Of a stretch of DNA of 64,000 nt, positions 30,481 through 46,268 are shown one piece after another. The stretch's first letter is position 1. Each line of letters begins with the position of its first letter. The translations under genes and the position numbers were made by a program. The DNA lies in the NCBI RefSeq assembly GCF_009914755.1, contig NC_060926.1, one strand, 5' to 3'. The stretch is from the human T2T-CHM13v2.0 reference genome, Homo sapiens. The notes under the pieces are model-generated. The model saw nothing but the letters and a program-made list of their open reading frames with translations, did not search any database and had not been told where the DNA came from.

Positions 30481-30623
30481 TTAGGTGAGCAAGATCAACA
30501 ATATCACAAATACCGAGATGAAGAGAATTGAAATAACTTTTCCCAGATTTGTTTTCCTTGCTTTCCCTTGTTCTCTCCCCCAAATCCCCTAATGACTACT
30601 TGTTGCCCTTCCCCACTCAACAG

Positions 30624-31510
30624 AACCCAGAACATGAAGTTCAAAAGGATAATGGAATTTATGGGGAATAAACTAGATGAAGATCCTGTCAAAAGAATTG
30701 TTCAGCACACATCTTTTGAAAGTAAGAAGAAAAACCAGATGACCAACTATGTAATGATAACCTGTGACATCATGGACCACTCCATCTCCCCATTTATGAG
30801 GAAAGCTGCCTGCCAACCATCATGAATTTCCTTGAGAACCATATTATTACATAATTAGTATTTTGGGAAAGAATATTAATACGTTTTTTCCTTTTTATTC
30901 ATTTTTTTAAAAGATAGAAACTCACTGTCACCCAGGATGGAGTGCAGTGGTGCAATCACAGCTCACTGCAACCTTCAATTCCTGTGTTAAAGCAATCCTC
31001 CCACCTCCAGCCTCCCAAGTAGCTGAGACCACAGGTACACACCACCATGCCCAGCTAAATTTTTTATTTTTTGTATAGACAGGGTCTCACTGTGTTGCCC
31101 AGGCTGGTCTTGAACTTCTGGGCTCAAGCAATTCTCCCACCTTGACCTCCAAAGTGCTTGGATTTCAGGCATGAGCCACCATGACGAGCCTTATTACCTT
31201 TTTAACTAACATGATGCTGCCAATAATTCTGAGGTTTTCTCAAAATATTAATACGTCTTTGAAAGAAAATAGACTGTGATGTGTACCTGTAATACGAATT
31301 CATACTTTTTAATTATCTCTAAAGTTTCACTTTATGGAAAAAGCATTCAGAATAGACTTCCCGTCCAATCTCTCAAGCACGATTGCATTGCTTTTCAGGG
31401 ACCGTTGGAGAGTGGAAGGATTACTTCTCAGCAGCACAGAATAAGAGATTTGATGAAGACTAGGGAGGAAAATGGCTGACTCTTCTCTGACCTTCCACAC
31501 GGAGCTCTAA
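30624..31510 (+). pseudogene. SULT1C2P2: Orphan SULT1C exon 7 (30624-30805) and exon 8 (31399-31510) remnants; probably SULT1C2P2 (name from memory)
   Basis: Exon 7-like: NPEHEVQK/+1/IMEFMGNKLDEDPVKRIVQHTSFES...IMDHSISPFMRK, 182 nt vs 181, donor lost (G|ct). Exon 8-like: GTVGEWKDYFSAAQNKRFDED/-1, TAG/GRKMADSSLTFHTEL*, 112 nt vs 113. Both acceptors intact. Confidence 0.88.
30902..31190 (-). mobile_element. Alu (AluJ-like) in the pseudo-intron 7
   Basis: Antisense dimer. Confidence 0.9.
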
Positions 31511-32743
31511 AGAGAGAGAGACAAAGTCTATACTACACAGGGGCACTTTTATTACCTTGTCTTCCAGTTTTTATTCCCCTTGTCACTGCTTTTCCCTAGA
31601 AATGACTTCCTGAGCTTGCTCAAATTGTTCAGGCAAGAACTGTAAATTACCCTTTCCTCTCTGCATGCCCCCGGAAAATAAAATTGTTTTGTTAGCTAAG
31701 GAGCTGGGTTCAACATTCTTCACAAACTGACTGAATAGTTGTAACAGAAACTGTGGAACCTTGTCAAAAGTCTGGTGGTTCAGTCTCCAAACCAAAGTTT
31801 AGAGGTCCTGAGGCCACACTGAAAGTTTAGAGGTCCTGAGGTCAGCTGGCCACGTTCTTCCACCCGTCACCTGGGCCTGTCCTTCCCAGGAAGAGCATCT
31901 TCTCTGATGGGCGCTTGGCAGGAGAACCACCCGACAGCTTTGCTAAAGTTTTCTGAGAGCTAAACCAGTCTAAGACTTTGCCTACCCAGTCTTCCTTCCT
32001 TCCCTCTTTCCTGCCCTTCTCCACAAGGGTTACTACTACACCAGGCTCTGACAGCCCTGCTCATTTATCCCTCACAAGCGTTGTCCCTCAATAAATCTCT
32101 TACTCTTACTCTATCTCAGTGATAGGCCAAGCATCTGTCTATCACTGAAAAGGGAGCAATATTCTCCCTTTGTTAGAGTGACCATTATATTTATGATTTA
32201 CTGTTAAATTCAGATGTGCAAATACTAGGTTGAGTCATGTGAAATTGGTATCAAAAAAGAAAGCAAACATTCAAGAATCACAGAGGCAGCAACTTCAGAA
32301 AGATGAGAATTACTGAAATAGGATCTTGGAGGAGGGGTGTGTGGAGAAAACCCTCGCCCCTGGGGAAGGAGCACAACTTGGCCAGGTCTCTGTCCCTGAG
32401 GACACTGTGAAGACGCTGACTCTGAAGTGATCTGCACACTGGACTCTGCTGCTGCTACAGGAAGTGAATTATCTCAGGGGTACCACTCGCTGGAGCAAGA
32501 AGGCAGCAAAGGGAGCGAGTCCCTACTCCTCCTCTTGTCTGTCAGTCTCCCTGTGAGCAGAGACTCAGAGAAGACACACCAGCTGGCCCAGTGGAAACAC
32601 AGATGGCACAGTCCCAGCCCAGCATCTCAAAGAAAACCTGAGACACGTGAACTAGGACATGAGAGGCAATAACTTCATGAACACGCCAGCCAATATCTGA
32701 CCTTTTTAAGCTCAAAAATGGCCATTTCAAATAGTTCAACCTA

Positions 32744-33151
<408 letters not shown>

Positions 33152-33849
33152 CTAAAATAAATAAATCAATAGACTTACTATTTTGGCAAACACTCCCTCT
33201 CCTCCTTCTGCTGGAGACTCCAGGTGGCAGGTCTTCTCTGAAGTCTCAAAGCCCCTGCAAGGGCTCTCAGGAGCAGCAGTAGTGACTGCAGCTGAGGCTG
33301 CGAGATGACTGAGAGTGGGATGCCACGGTGGCTATTGTGAGCTTGGTAGAATTCCCTCCATCTGACCAACTGAGGCAATGTTTCTCTGATGGCCTTTATA
33401 ATGGTTTGTTTGAAATGTGTGGTTAATGCCAATGCCCAGCATGCCAGATGACACATTCTAGAAAGTAAATGAACAGTAGTATGAGCTCTAAAATCCCTTC
33501 AACATGACTGAGGGAAGCACCCTTGCTTGGGTTGAGTCAATCTAAATGCTGAGAGAAATCCTGGCAGAGGTGGTCCCTGGAAAAACCTGCCTCTCCAACA
33601 CAGTGACAGGGCCCATTTGTTCAGTGGCCCATTGTTCAGCAGCCACTCACTTCAAACTGAGTGGAACTTACTGCGCCGATAAGGCACACACCTGGCTGAG
33701 CCAGCAGCTGAGTGACATAAATAAGGGGCTGCCAGTCCTCCCACACTACCAGGGAGCCAGAATCTCAGAATTAGAAAAAGCACTTAGAGATCATTCGGAC
33801 AGGTGGTCAGGTAGCTCTTTTGATGTCATTAACTGAAGTGTCATTGTCT

Positions 33850-34470
33850 ATGTATGGAGAAACTGGAAGTTTCTACTAAGGTTAAATATACCAATAATCC
33901 AGCAATTCAAATCATAGTCATACACCCAAGAGAACAAGAGAGAATGCATCTATCCCCCACCCCAAGAAAAAAGTGTGAAAATATCATAGAAGCTCTATTC
34001 ATATTCATAATCACCAAAAACTGGTATCAACCTATATGTCCATCAAAAGAAGAATCGATTAAAAAATTCTGGTATATTCATTCAATGATACAGTATATAG
34101 CAATAGAAATAAATGAACTACTGATAGTTGCTGCTAATACTTGATGAATTTCAAATACATTATGTTGAAAGAACAAAGCCAGACACAAAGGAGTACATAA
34201 TGTATGATTCCATTAATATGAGGTTTAAGAATAGGCAAAACTAAACTATGGTGACAAAAGTCAGAACAGCCTCTGCGTTGAGTGTGGGGCACTGGTGCAG
34301 CATTGACTGGGAAGGAGCATGAGGAAATTGTCCGAAGCAATGGGAATGTCCTATATCTTGATCTAGATGGTAGTTATGTGGGTGCATATAGAAGTATAAA
34401 TTCATCAAGACATAAACTTACACTTTATGCATTTGTCTGCATGTAAACTGTGCTTCAATATAAAAAAAAA
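33850..34470 (+). mobile_element. Old L1ME-like 3' fragment
   Basis: aaagccagacacaaaggagtacataatgtatgattcca...aggcaaaactaaactatggtga. Confidence 0.7.
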
Positions 34471-35101
34471 ACTCATTGTAGTAATAGTCCTCAAATATTG
34501 CAGTCTAACCTCTCACAGAACAGAAATAGACCTGAGATTTAGGTAACTTTCTAAGTCAGTCTTGGAAGTTGAGATGGAATTCCCAGCTGGACTGTCCCAG
34601 CTGACAACATGTGCACCTAACATGGGCACCTAGCATGTGATATATCAATAGAAGCGTGGGTCTCCCTGGGTCTGGGGAAGGTGTTTCTCCAAATCTCCAT
34701 GGATAACCAAACCCAGAAGGGAGAATCACTTTCCTTTCTGTAGGGAGAGTAACTCCAGGTGAAGAGAAGGAAGAGGGAAGGGAATTCCTGGAGGCTTGCT
34801 CCAGGCATTCCTTCAATATTTTCTCTCAATTCCCCATCTCCATGGGCATCCACAGGACCAGGAAGTGACCTCCTGGACTTGGGCAGGCCCCTAGACTGGT
34901 GCCCCACTGCTGTTCTTCCTCCTGGCACTACGGAGGTGCAGCCCTGCCAGAATCTCAAGAGTAGAAAGAGTAAGGCCTATTCTGGCACAATGCTGAAGAT
35001 TTTGTTCCAGTTCTACCCAGGAGCCATGCAAATTGTGTCTTTGTTTGCCTGAACATATTTACCTGTAATGAATGACCAGAGCTCTGTGTCCAAAGCACTG
35101 A

Positions 35102-35389
<288 letters not shown>

Positions 35390-35904
35390 TAGAAGTTGGA
35401 GCATGTATCAGCACCTTATGGGGTCATGTAGTAAAGTCAAAGAGCAGAGGAAGGAAGTGTCCTTGTCTATAAATCAGACAGAATGGCAAAGGATCTAAGA
35501 TTCTTCTATAAAACTATAGGGATTTTTTTTAGAGATAGAGTAGTTGGTATATCAAAAACATATAACTAGTCAAAGCAGATTCTTCAGGTTAAAAAAATCC
35601 ATGTTATTCATTTTTTTCTTTCATTCAACAATTACCTATCAAGAATCTTCTAAATGCCAGAGACTGGCACCAAGCATAGTGATCGGTAAAATGTTTGTTA
35701 TCTTTGTCCTGCAGGGATTTACAGTACAGTCTAGAGAAGAATATTAAACCATTAAACAAATCATTTCACAGAATTTTGATTACCTGTGATAAGATCTTAG
35801 AAAGAAATGTAGAGGGTGTAATGGGAGAACATTGGGGGTCCTAATTTAGATTAAGGAATTAGTACTCTGAAATTCTGAGCTACTGGGATTATTACATAGG
35901 GAAT

Positions 35905-36310
35905 GTATTATCCGTTTGCTGTGGCTATGAAACAAAGTACCACCAGCTCAGTGGCTTAAACAATAGATATTTATTGTCTCACAGTTTGGGAGGCCAGAAG
36001 TCCAAAATCAAGGTACCAACAGACTTGGTTTCTTTCGAGGGCTGTGAGGAAAGGCACTGTTCCAGGCCTCTCTCTTTGGCAGGTATATGGCATCTTGATA
36101 TTCACATTGCACTCTCCATGTGTGCACATCTACCTCCAAATTCTGCCTTTTTATATAGACATCAGTCATATTGGGTTAGAGCCATCCTAATGACATCATT
36201 TCTATTTGATTACCTCTACAAAGACTCTATCTCCAAATAAGGTCACATTCTGTGGTACTGTGGATTAGAACTTCAACATATTAATTTTGGGGTCACACAA
36301 GTTAGCCCAT
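35905..36310 (-). mobile_element. MLT1-type LTR
   Basis: gtggcttaaacaatagatatttattgtctcacagtttgggaggccagaagtccaaaatcaagg. Confidence 0.8.
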
Positions 36311-39300
36311 AACAGGGAGCATGGAGAGGAACGTTTCCATATGCAGACAGGAGCAGTAGGACTTACTGACAGATGATAAATGGGGGGTGAGAGAAAGAGA
36401 GGAGACAAGCTTTGGGGCTGGAATGATCAGGTGGATGCCAGCCCCAAGAACTGACTCAGGGAAGTCCAGAGAGGACCAGGTCTGAGAGGGGCCAGGGCAT
36501 CTATTAGGCAGTCGAATGCATTGAAGGGGGTCAAAAATGGACTGGGGAACACAAGATGCGTGTGTTGCCATTTCCAGATGAGAAAGAAAGTAGCTTGGAC
36601 TAAGGAGGTGAGAGTGCAAATGAAGAGTGAGAGAAAAATTGAGATGTATTTTGGAGGTAAAATTACTTGAGATCCAAGAAGAAGTGATGACTCGTGGGTG
36701 ACTCTCTTCCGGCTTTATCAACTGAGTGGCCTCTTGTGCTGGGATGGGAAGGCCTGGGAGAGGGAGAGGCATGGAGCTTATGCAGGAGGTGGGCGGGTTA
36801 AACTACAGCTCAGTTTGGGACATGTTAAGTTTGAGGTGACCTTTAGACCACTAAGTGTTGACGTCAGGGGGGCTGTCAGAAGTAGAGCACAGAGGGAAGC
36901 CCACTCTGGCTGAAGATATAACTGGAGTTGCTATAGATAGTGAAATCTCAGGTTAAATGCCCTACAGCAGAGCCTGAGGCAAGGATTCAGGTACACGTGA
37001 TTTATTGGAAGGGTGCTCTTTAGGAAAAAAAAAAAAAACAGTAAGGGTATGTATAGGAGTATAAGACAGGGGAGAGGAAGGGGCCAAGTAAAGATGTGGC
37101 ATTGGGTAAAGCCTTGCCCTGATGTGGTTAGGGCAGGAGGGGAAGGAGTAGAAGGATGGAGACTTTCTCCATTAGGAGCCTCCCTTCAGAGGAGGACACT
37201 TCTCTAGCAAAGCCGGTAGCTGAGAGACATGAGCGGCCAACACTCACAGCCGTGGAGGAGGTGAGGGGGTGCAAGAGGCTGGTACAGGGGATCTGAGGAA
37301 GCCACCAACAGTGTCTACTAAAGATGCTGCTCAAAGCAATGGGAATGAATGAAATCACATAGGAAGAAAGCATAGAGGAAAAAGAAGGCACAGGACCAAA
37401 CCCCAAGAAGCTTTCTCACTTAGACGGTGGACAGAGAAGAAGCCAGAAGTGGGTAGTGTCCTGGTAACCAGTGGAGTGAATCTTCAAGCCAGAAACATCT
37501 GAACTGAGTGCCTGTTTTGATCGAATTAATCAGATGGCCGTCAGATGGACACTGCACTTGGTACTTGTAAACAGCCCCAGTCACAGCCTGGAATGACTAC
37601 TGGGTTTTCTTTCCTCAAGTTGTCAGTTCTATCAACACAGATTCTATTTGACTCTCCTAGAGGCAGGATTTTCCCTGCCTAGAGGCAAGTTTCCCCTGAA
37701 AACTTGAACTGCCTTTTTTACAAAGCAAGTCAAGTTATCCAGGGTCACACTCTTAGTAACTTCTCTCTAGGATAACACTTATCAATGTGGAAGAAGAAAT
37801 ACTATGCTACAAGTGGGAAGTAATTATGAAAAGAGAACTTCATTTGAATGAGAAGTTTATCTCCTTGGGACTCATGAGAACTGAGAATTTTCCCAGCTCA
37901 AATCCAGAAAATGAGAAAGAACATTTTTTCTGAGACTAGCTACAGGGCATGACAGATACTTGAGACATGCAGGAAACAGCTGACCTGATGCTGTGGTGAC
38001 TTCATCATTTATCCTCCAAACTAAGTCATCTGATATAGAAAGATATACTGTTAATAATTAATCTGGGACAACAGAATCAAGCTGTATTGCCCTGGGTAAG
38101 TTGGAAGGTTACAGTGACCCTATAAAACACAAGCCATCCCAGATGCTAGGTTCCAGGCCCGATCTACTACTTACCTAAGTCAGCCTGTCATAATCTGAAA
38201 TCATGATCCTCACTCCCAAACCAGCTCCTTTTCTTCCCAGGAAGCAGATTCTGAGTTGAAGGTAAGTATGTGAGATGTTTATTAGGGAGTGCTCCTGGGA
38301 TCACTCCCTCTGGAAGTGAAGGGAAGAAAGCAGGATTGTCCAGAGGGAGAAGTTGAGCTTCAACTCAGTCCCAGCAAAAAGCCTCCTATGGGATGATCTG
38401 AAGCTTGGATGGCCCTGCAAAGTTGGTTCCATCCCAGTTGGGGAGAGGGGAACAGAGTGTCAGCGAGTCCCTGGATGGAAGATGTCCCAGGAAGGGACCT
38501 GGAGAGGGCTGAATAGCTGGGGGTCATCTGCCAGCAGCATCCCCAGCAGCTGATGGAATAAACACTTCCGTTCAGAAGCAAAATCTGGGCTGTACATCCA
38601 GCACCTTTTATAATATCCATGAATAGCTGTAGAGCACAGCCCTTGCCACAGCTTGCCTGAGCCATGCCATGGCTTTCTGAGTTGCCATTCAGGTCAACAT
38701 CTGTGCCTGGAATTGCCACCTTGTTGGTGGAGTCCATGGAAAAGCAGCCATCAGCCTGTGCTGGAAACCAGGCCATAGTGGTGACTGAGAAGCATAATCT
38801 AGTGGAACTCAGCTCCCCAGGGCAAGAGGGAGGCAGTTACTAGTGAGTACGACTCATGATGCAAGGTGCCCTGTCAGCAGGCTGAGTTGGGAGCAAATCT
38901 GGAATGTGAGGTAAGAAGGTCTGGCAGAAGCCCTTGCACAGTGTGGGCCAAACAGGAATAGGGTCAGGGGCCACTGAGGGAGCCCAGGTTTCCTGAGATG
39001 GTCACAGCATCTACGACAGCAGAGCCAATTACAAAGGTGGAGTCTGGAGGTAGAGGCACCCATGACTTCCTGTGAGAGGCTGCAGGCAAGCAAGGCCCAA
39101 ATTCCATGCTCAGAGTTGAGAGGAAAAAGCAGAGCTAGCCTATGTGGAGAAGGGCTCTCTGGAACTGCCAAAGCAGTGTGGACTGGGAATTAGGACAGCA
39201 CATCATCAGGAGGCAACAAAGGTTCGAAGACGAAGCCAGTGCTGACCCCAGAAGGGCAGAAAGAGAAATTGGTTTTAGTACAGAGTAGGAACTGACCAGG

Positions 39301-40385
39301 AGCTGAGCAGCTGGCACAAGGGCATAGTCTAGAGGCGGAGCCAGAGCCATGGCACTGCACCCAGGTACCTCTATCAGGGTACTAGGGAAAGGAGACCAGG
39401 ATCACAGAAAACTGGTATGGGGGAGCCACGATGAGAATGGCACCTTCTTCCCCAGGGCTTCCCCGAGCACAGTGGTCCCATCTGTTCTAGCTCTGGCCCT
39501 CGGGATGTACACCAACACCGTCAAAACATGAAGACAGCTACCATTTCTTTAGTGCCTATGACAAGCTGGATTCTGCCCATTTTCTCTTCCAACTCTCAAA
39601 ACCACATGAGAATCATTAATATACATCAGGTTTACATAATTCATCCGAAACCACCCAACGCATACATCATATATAGGAGTCGAGTCCATTTGATTCCACA
39701 GCCCCACACACATCCAATCCATGCTTCCCCACAGAAAAACAGGACCAGGTCAGCCAAGCGTCCCAGAAGCCAAACAAGGATGCACTTTCTGAGGACAGAC
39801 ACTGCAGAAGCCAGAGCCCAGTCCAAGGAAGCCCCAGAATCAGGAAGGAGATCGCAGACAAGACCATGAAGAGAAACAAATTTTACCCTCAAATGCAGCA
39901 AAGGTCATTTTTTCATTTATAAGGAGTTCACCTTTCTTGTAGAAGCCACTGTTTAACTTTTCTTTGCCTTTGAAAGAGGAATTCATTCAATCTCATTTTT
40001 TCAGTTTGTGGATTATTTGAAATTCTTACTTTTCCTTCTTTTTCTTATTATGGACATTGTGTCAGTTCCTCGGTTCTAAAAAATAAAAATAAAAAATAAA
40101 AAAATAAAAGTAATCCAAGGAAGAAAAACTAGACTACTTATTAGCAGCCAGAACTTTTAATGGGAAAAGCTGGGGTTTGGGAATTTCTGTGATTTTCTCC
40201 AAATGGAAACTTTTTAAATAATCCCTGTTGTTACATATAATAGTTATTTGTATTATCGTTTTATAGAAATACCAATGCATATTCAGATTTTTTAAGTACA
40301 TCATTGGAGTACAAAAATAAAGAAGTCACATTTCTACCCTTAACCTTTCTGGTGAGGAAAAGATTATCTTAATAGTTGGTTTTAA

Positions 40386-40670
<285 letters not shown>

Positions 40671-41087
40671 TAAAGATGAGCAATTCAAGAGTAGACAGTC
40701 TGAAAGTCAAACATATTCTGGTGGGGAAAAACTCCCTTTAATCCCTAATTCTAAGTACTGGATGAAAAATAACTTTTCCTGTGCAAATCTAGATAGATCC
40801 TTTCGCCTAACGTATTTCGCTTCAACACTTAACAATAGAGAGGTACAATCTCTCAATTAAACAAAGTGTTCAACCAGTTACAAGTGCCAAGTGTTAGCTA
40901 CACAGTTCTCACCCAGCAGAGTCCCTGCTTGTTCATGTGGCACCCCAGTGTCAGTGCCAAAGACGTCTGGCACCAAGGACCACAGATTCAAATTTGGGAT
41001 GCACCATGCACTTCCCATGAAAGATAATAAGTGTCATAGTCATAGCTAAGACTTTCACAGCACATACCAGGTATCAGGCATTATTCT

Positions 41088-41504
41088 TTTTTTACATATG
41101 TATACTTTAAGTTCTGGGGTACGTGTGCAGAACGTGCAGGTTTGTTACGTAGGTATACACATGCCATGGTGATTTGCTGCACCCATCAACCCGTCATCTA
41201 CATTAGGTATTTCTCCTAATGCTATCCCTCCCCTATCCCCCACCCCCCGACAGACCCCAGTGTGTGATGTTCCCCTCCCTGTGTCCATGTGTCCTCATTG
41301 TTCAACTCCCACTTATGAGTGAGAATATGTGGTGTTTGGTTTTCTGTTCTTGTGTTAGTTTGATGAGAATGATGGTTTCTAGCTTCATCCATGTCCCTGC
41401 AAAGGACATGAACTCGTCCTTTTTTATGGCTGCATAGTATTCCATGGTGTATGTGTGCCACATTTTCTTTATCCAGTCTATCTTTGATGGGCATTTAAAT
41501 GGCT
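41088..41504 (-). mobile_element. 5'-truncated L1PA 3' end inserted in a MIR
   Basis: Antisense L1 3' UTR; 11-bp TSD ggcattattct (41077-41087 / 41505-41515); flanks rejoin as MIR. Confidence 0.92.
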
Positions 41505-42299
41505 GGCATTATTCTAAATACTTTTCACATGTTAACTCACTTATTCTTCACAACTTGTGAGGTAGCTGCCAGGTTATATGTGAAGAAATTGAGATACAGA
41601 GGGATTATGATTCTGAAGGTCCACAATTAATAGGTAGCAGAGCCAAGATTTGGACCCAGGAATTCTGTTTCCTAAGTTCATGCTCTCAACCACTAAGCTA
41701 TGCAGTGTGCGTGAATGTGTGTGTGTCTCCTATATGGACTCTGGCTATACATATCTGAGGGATACAGTGGAATTAAATAGTCCATGTTGGACCAGCATTG
41801 GTACCTGGTCATCTTTATTTAGGCCATCTGTGGACACATCTTTGAGAGTCCTCAAGACCTCTAAAACAATTGCTTAATTATGATTTTATTTTCATAGTAA
41901 TCAAAAAATATATAAAGTAAACACATTCCGGGTCACCTGGATGATCACCATGTAATCTGAATTCTGCCAATGTGGTCTCATTGCCCTCATTTGCATTGGT
42001 GCCAACAATCCCTTGTTGCCAAGTGGAACTGTGGTAATTTCTAAAGGCTAATGGGATGAGCAATGGAGAGGACACTTAACAGTAAATAATATACCAAATG
42101 AAGGCCAATGTAGCAAAAAATCAGAGGTATGAAAGGAAATACAAAGTGCTAAGTACTAAAAGAAAATAGGGAGAAATGGTTTCTTATCATCTAGGAGTGA
42201 AGAAGGCGTAACATGGCACAAAACCTGGAAGCCATTAGGAAAAAAACTGATAAGATCAACCGCATAAAAATTAAAACTTTTTTAAAAATTAAAGAATAA

Positions 42300-42458
<159 letters not shown>

Positions 42459-45129
42459 TGAGAACATAGGGAGCAGTTTATTGTGTCATAACCATTGCCC
42501 AGCCATCCCTACATTGTGTCTACCAGGAACAGATTATGGAAGCTACTATCATCTTCCATGTTCTTAATCTCTCATTGATAAGGATGTGCTTAGCATACAC
42601 CTATATCAAGAAGAAGGAGAGGATAAACATATACTAGGCTCATTTCTGAGCATCTTAGCCCCTTAACAATGCTATAAGGTAGAGGTACGTGAGCATATTG
42701 TAGCTCAGAGGTGTTAAATAATTTGTCCAATGACAAAGACATGGAAGGTGGAAGAGATGGGCTGCAAATCCACCTCTTCATTACCCAACAGCCCATGCTC
42801 TTTCTGTTACTCTATACCACCTACTCTATGCCTCCTATAACCACAGAAGTCTTCCAAAGCTTCTTGGTAGTTGGCCTCCTGCCAATATTAAGGTAATGAG
42901 TATTTAAATGATCAGAAAGTGCCACTGAAGGAATCTTAAAAACTATATGCTCTACTATCCTCTCGCTTTATCTCACTTGTAGCTAAACTGTCTCTTGCAG
43001 ACATCTAAAGGTGCCTACAAGCTGCAAGCCCTAGTCATTCTGAGACCTGATGAAAGTCAAATTTTTGTAAACATCAGATTTATTTTCCATATTGAAGCCT
43101 ACAGGAGTGCAGATGCATTTTCATGTATGTCTTAAATTGGTCACTAAGGAATTTTTTTTAACTTTTTCAGAGCCCCAAGAGACCACTTATTGCCTTTCAA
43201 TCTAAAAAAGTGCTCCTCTACAGGGAGGGTCTATAAATGGGCCTTGGCACTAAGCCAAAGCAGTCCCCACCCTCCCTTCCATGTGGCATTCTGTTCCCTC
43301 TGTCAGCTTGCCAAGATCCACACCTTTACTGTTTCTGGTTCTCTAGAGTACATCCAGGGTCTTACTCACTCTACCTTACTGACCCTAGTGGATCTTCCGA
43401 TGTAGATCTGGAGTCTGGGGGCAGGGGTGGCTGAATGACTGAAAGCAAATGGAAATATATTGTTAGTACAAATAGAGCCAGGCCTGGGCTAGGAGGGTCA
43501 GTAAAATAAGAATAACTATAACAGCAATCTAGCAAGTACCAAAAGCATGCTCAGGTACCTCCACCTTATAGCATTATTAAGAGGCTAAGAGGCTCAGAAC
43601 TGAACCTAGCAGATGTTGGTTCTCTCTTCTTGAAGTAGGTATACTGAGCCCATCCTTATCAATGAGAGATTAAAAACCAGGAAAGGTGTCATGGGAGCAG
43701 AAAGTGGGGAGTACGAAACTTCTTGAAAAGGAGAGTCAACAAAAGTGACAGAGGAGTCAGGGCATAAAGAACAGACATAAATTTGTCAAGTGATAAGAGA
43801 GGGAAGGACATTCCATGTTACTGAAAGAGCAAAAGCCAAGACTTAAGAAAATAGGTCCAACGCCGGAAAAGAAGCATGAGAGGTGGGAAGGAGCCAGAGA
43901 TGCCCTGTTGCACAGCCTTGCCTGCTAAGATGTTTGGACTTAACCTGTAGGCTACTTGGATCCCACTGAAGAACGTGAAATGAACCAGGAAGTGACATGA
44001 TCCCATTTACATTTTAGAAAGTTCCCCAGGGGGATGTGGTGGTGGGGAGGGGTGAACAGAACTGGCGCAAGACTGAAAACAGGATATCAGTGAGGAGATG
44101 GTGGCAATCGTCCAGGAAAAGAATTTAAAAGGCTTGGGTTAAGGCAGAGGCAGTGAGAAAATGAATTCCAAATGTACACAACAGACAGAATTTACAAGAT
44201 CTCTCAAGGACCTGCTATGGAAGACATGGAAAAAGAAACATCTTGTATGATTTTGTCACTGTAACTATTGATCATGGTACCATTAATGGAAAGAGATCAT
44301 AAAAGAGGAGCAGCTAGTTTGTGTGAAGACGAATTGAATTTTGAACCCATCGAGTCTAAAATGCATGCAGAACATTCAGGTAGGGACACAGATACATGAG
44401 TCTCTAGCTCGGGAGACAGACATGTACTAGAAACAAATTCGTAAGTCATAAACATATGAAATTTATCGCAATAGAAAGATAACAAAAAAAAAACAGGAAA
44501 AGCAAATATAGTGAAAATAAAAGTAGGCCCCAGGCAGAGCACTAAAGAAGGCCAACATTTAAAGATTTCAAACTTTTAGTGATCGTAAACCCCATCGAGA
44601 ATCTACAGAAAGTTGTGACTCCACTCCTGACAAAGTAATACATCTATAAAAAATTTTGCATATACTTTTAGAGAGAGGGACAGACCTCTTGAAGGTCATC
44701 ATTTCAAGACACCCTGATTTAAGAGTAGAGTGGCAGAGCAGGACACACTAAAGAAGGAGAATCAGAAACATTATAGGACAGCCATGAAATCAGCACTACC
44801 ACAGAAGAAGGGAAGTTAAGTGTGATCAGGGAAGGGTAAGCAAAGGGAATCAGAGGGCGAGATTACACAGACCCTGAACACCAGGTTGAGAACTTTGAAC
44901 TTAATCGTAAGAACAAGGTACAGAAATTGACAAGTTTTACACAGGGAAGCAACATCATCTGATTTGCATTTTTACAAGATCATTCTGGCTGCTGGATGAT
45001 GAGTGGAAGAGAACAAAGATGCATTCATGACCTTTAGCACAAGGTTACCAGAACACATATGCTGTGCACACTGAATGCCCGATTTCTAACTTGTTCTATC
45101 ATTTATTTTGTTTCCTCTCACCACTTTAG

Positions 45130-45489
<360 letters not shown>

Positions 45490-46110
45490 TAGGCAAGCCA
45501 GCTATAAGAGAAGGTCCCAACTCTAAGCCTATGTTAAATGTTTTACATGCATTAACTTGTTTAATCTTTAGAGCAACCCTATAAGCTTGGTAACAATATT
45601 CATCATTTGTAGGTGATGAACTGAGGCTCAGTGAGTTTGAGTAACTTGCCTATCATTACCCTGCTAGCGAGAGCAGGGCTAGAATTTGAACATAGGCAGG
45701 TTTAGTTAAGCTCAAACCCTGTGTGCTTGGCGGTTGAAGTCTTACCAATTGCCTGCATGTTCAACTGGAAAGAAAGAAAAGGTTTAGTGTGTATGCAAGT
45801 TTTTCAGTCATTACCATCATTTGAATTGGTGGTGCAGTGGTGGCTCCTGACACTGTAGGTTCACAAACTATCATGTGCAAAAATGTATGATCTTTCAGTC
45901 AGGCTTCCAGTGTCAAAACTGAGTCTTCACAAGTTTCTTGACGTTTTTCTAAGTCTCAAATGCTGCTATATCTTTTAATACATCAACTGTTCTCCTAAAG
46001 AAGCCTAAAGAGTACTAAAAGTACTAAAAGGTGATGAGATTATTAAAACTGGATGATTGGTTCATGGAAATTCATTACACTATTTCCTCTATCCTTGTAT
46101 ATATTGTATA

Positions 46111-46216
46111 TAAATCAGAGAGCTGAGAGGATAGTTCCAAATCCTTGCCCTGCATCAGGCAAGTTGAGCACCAGAGAAGAGAAGCACTGAAGTCAAACAA
46201 AGCCTTAGGGCTGCTC

Positions 46217-46268
<52 letters not shown>

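Noticed and set aside
33715-33815. TATA-like ataaataa and donor cag|gtagc as exon 1 of the pseudogene
   Set aside because: No recognisable similarity to SULT1C2 exon 1; motifs are too weak
40900-41010. tRNA/SINE-like stretch
   Set aside because: No cloverleaf and no proper A/B boxes
45780-46080. Possible degenerate exon 6 after pseudo-exon 5
   Set aside because: No frame gives a WGSW/HVKGWW/FYED-like sequence by eye
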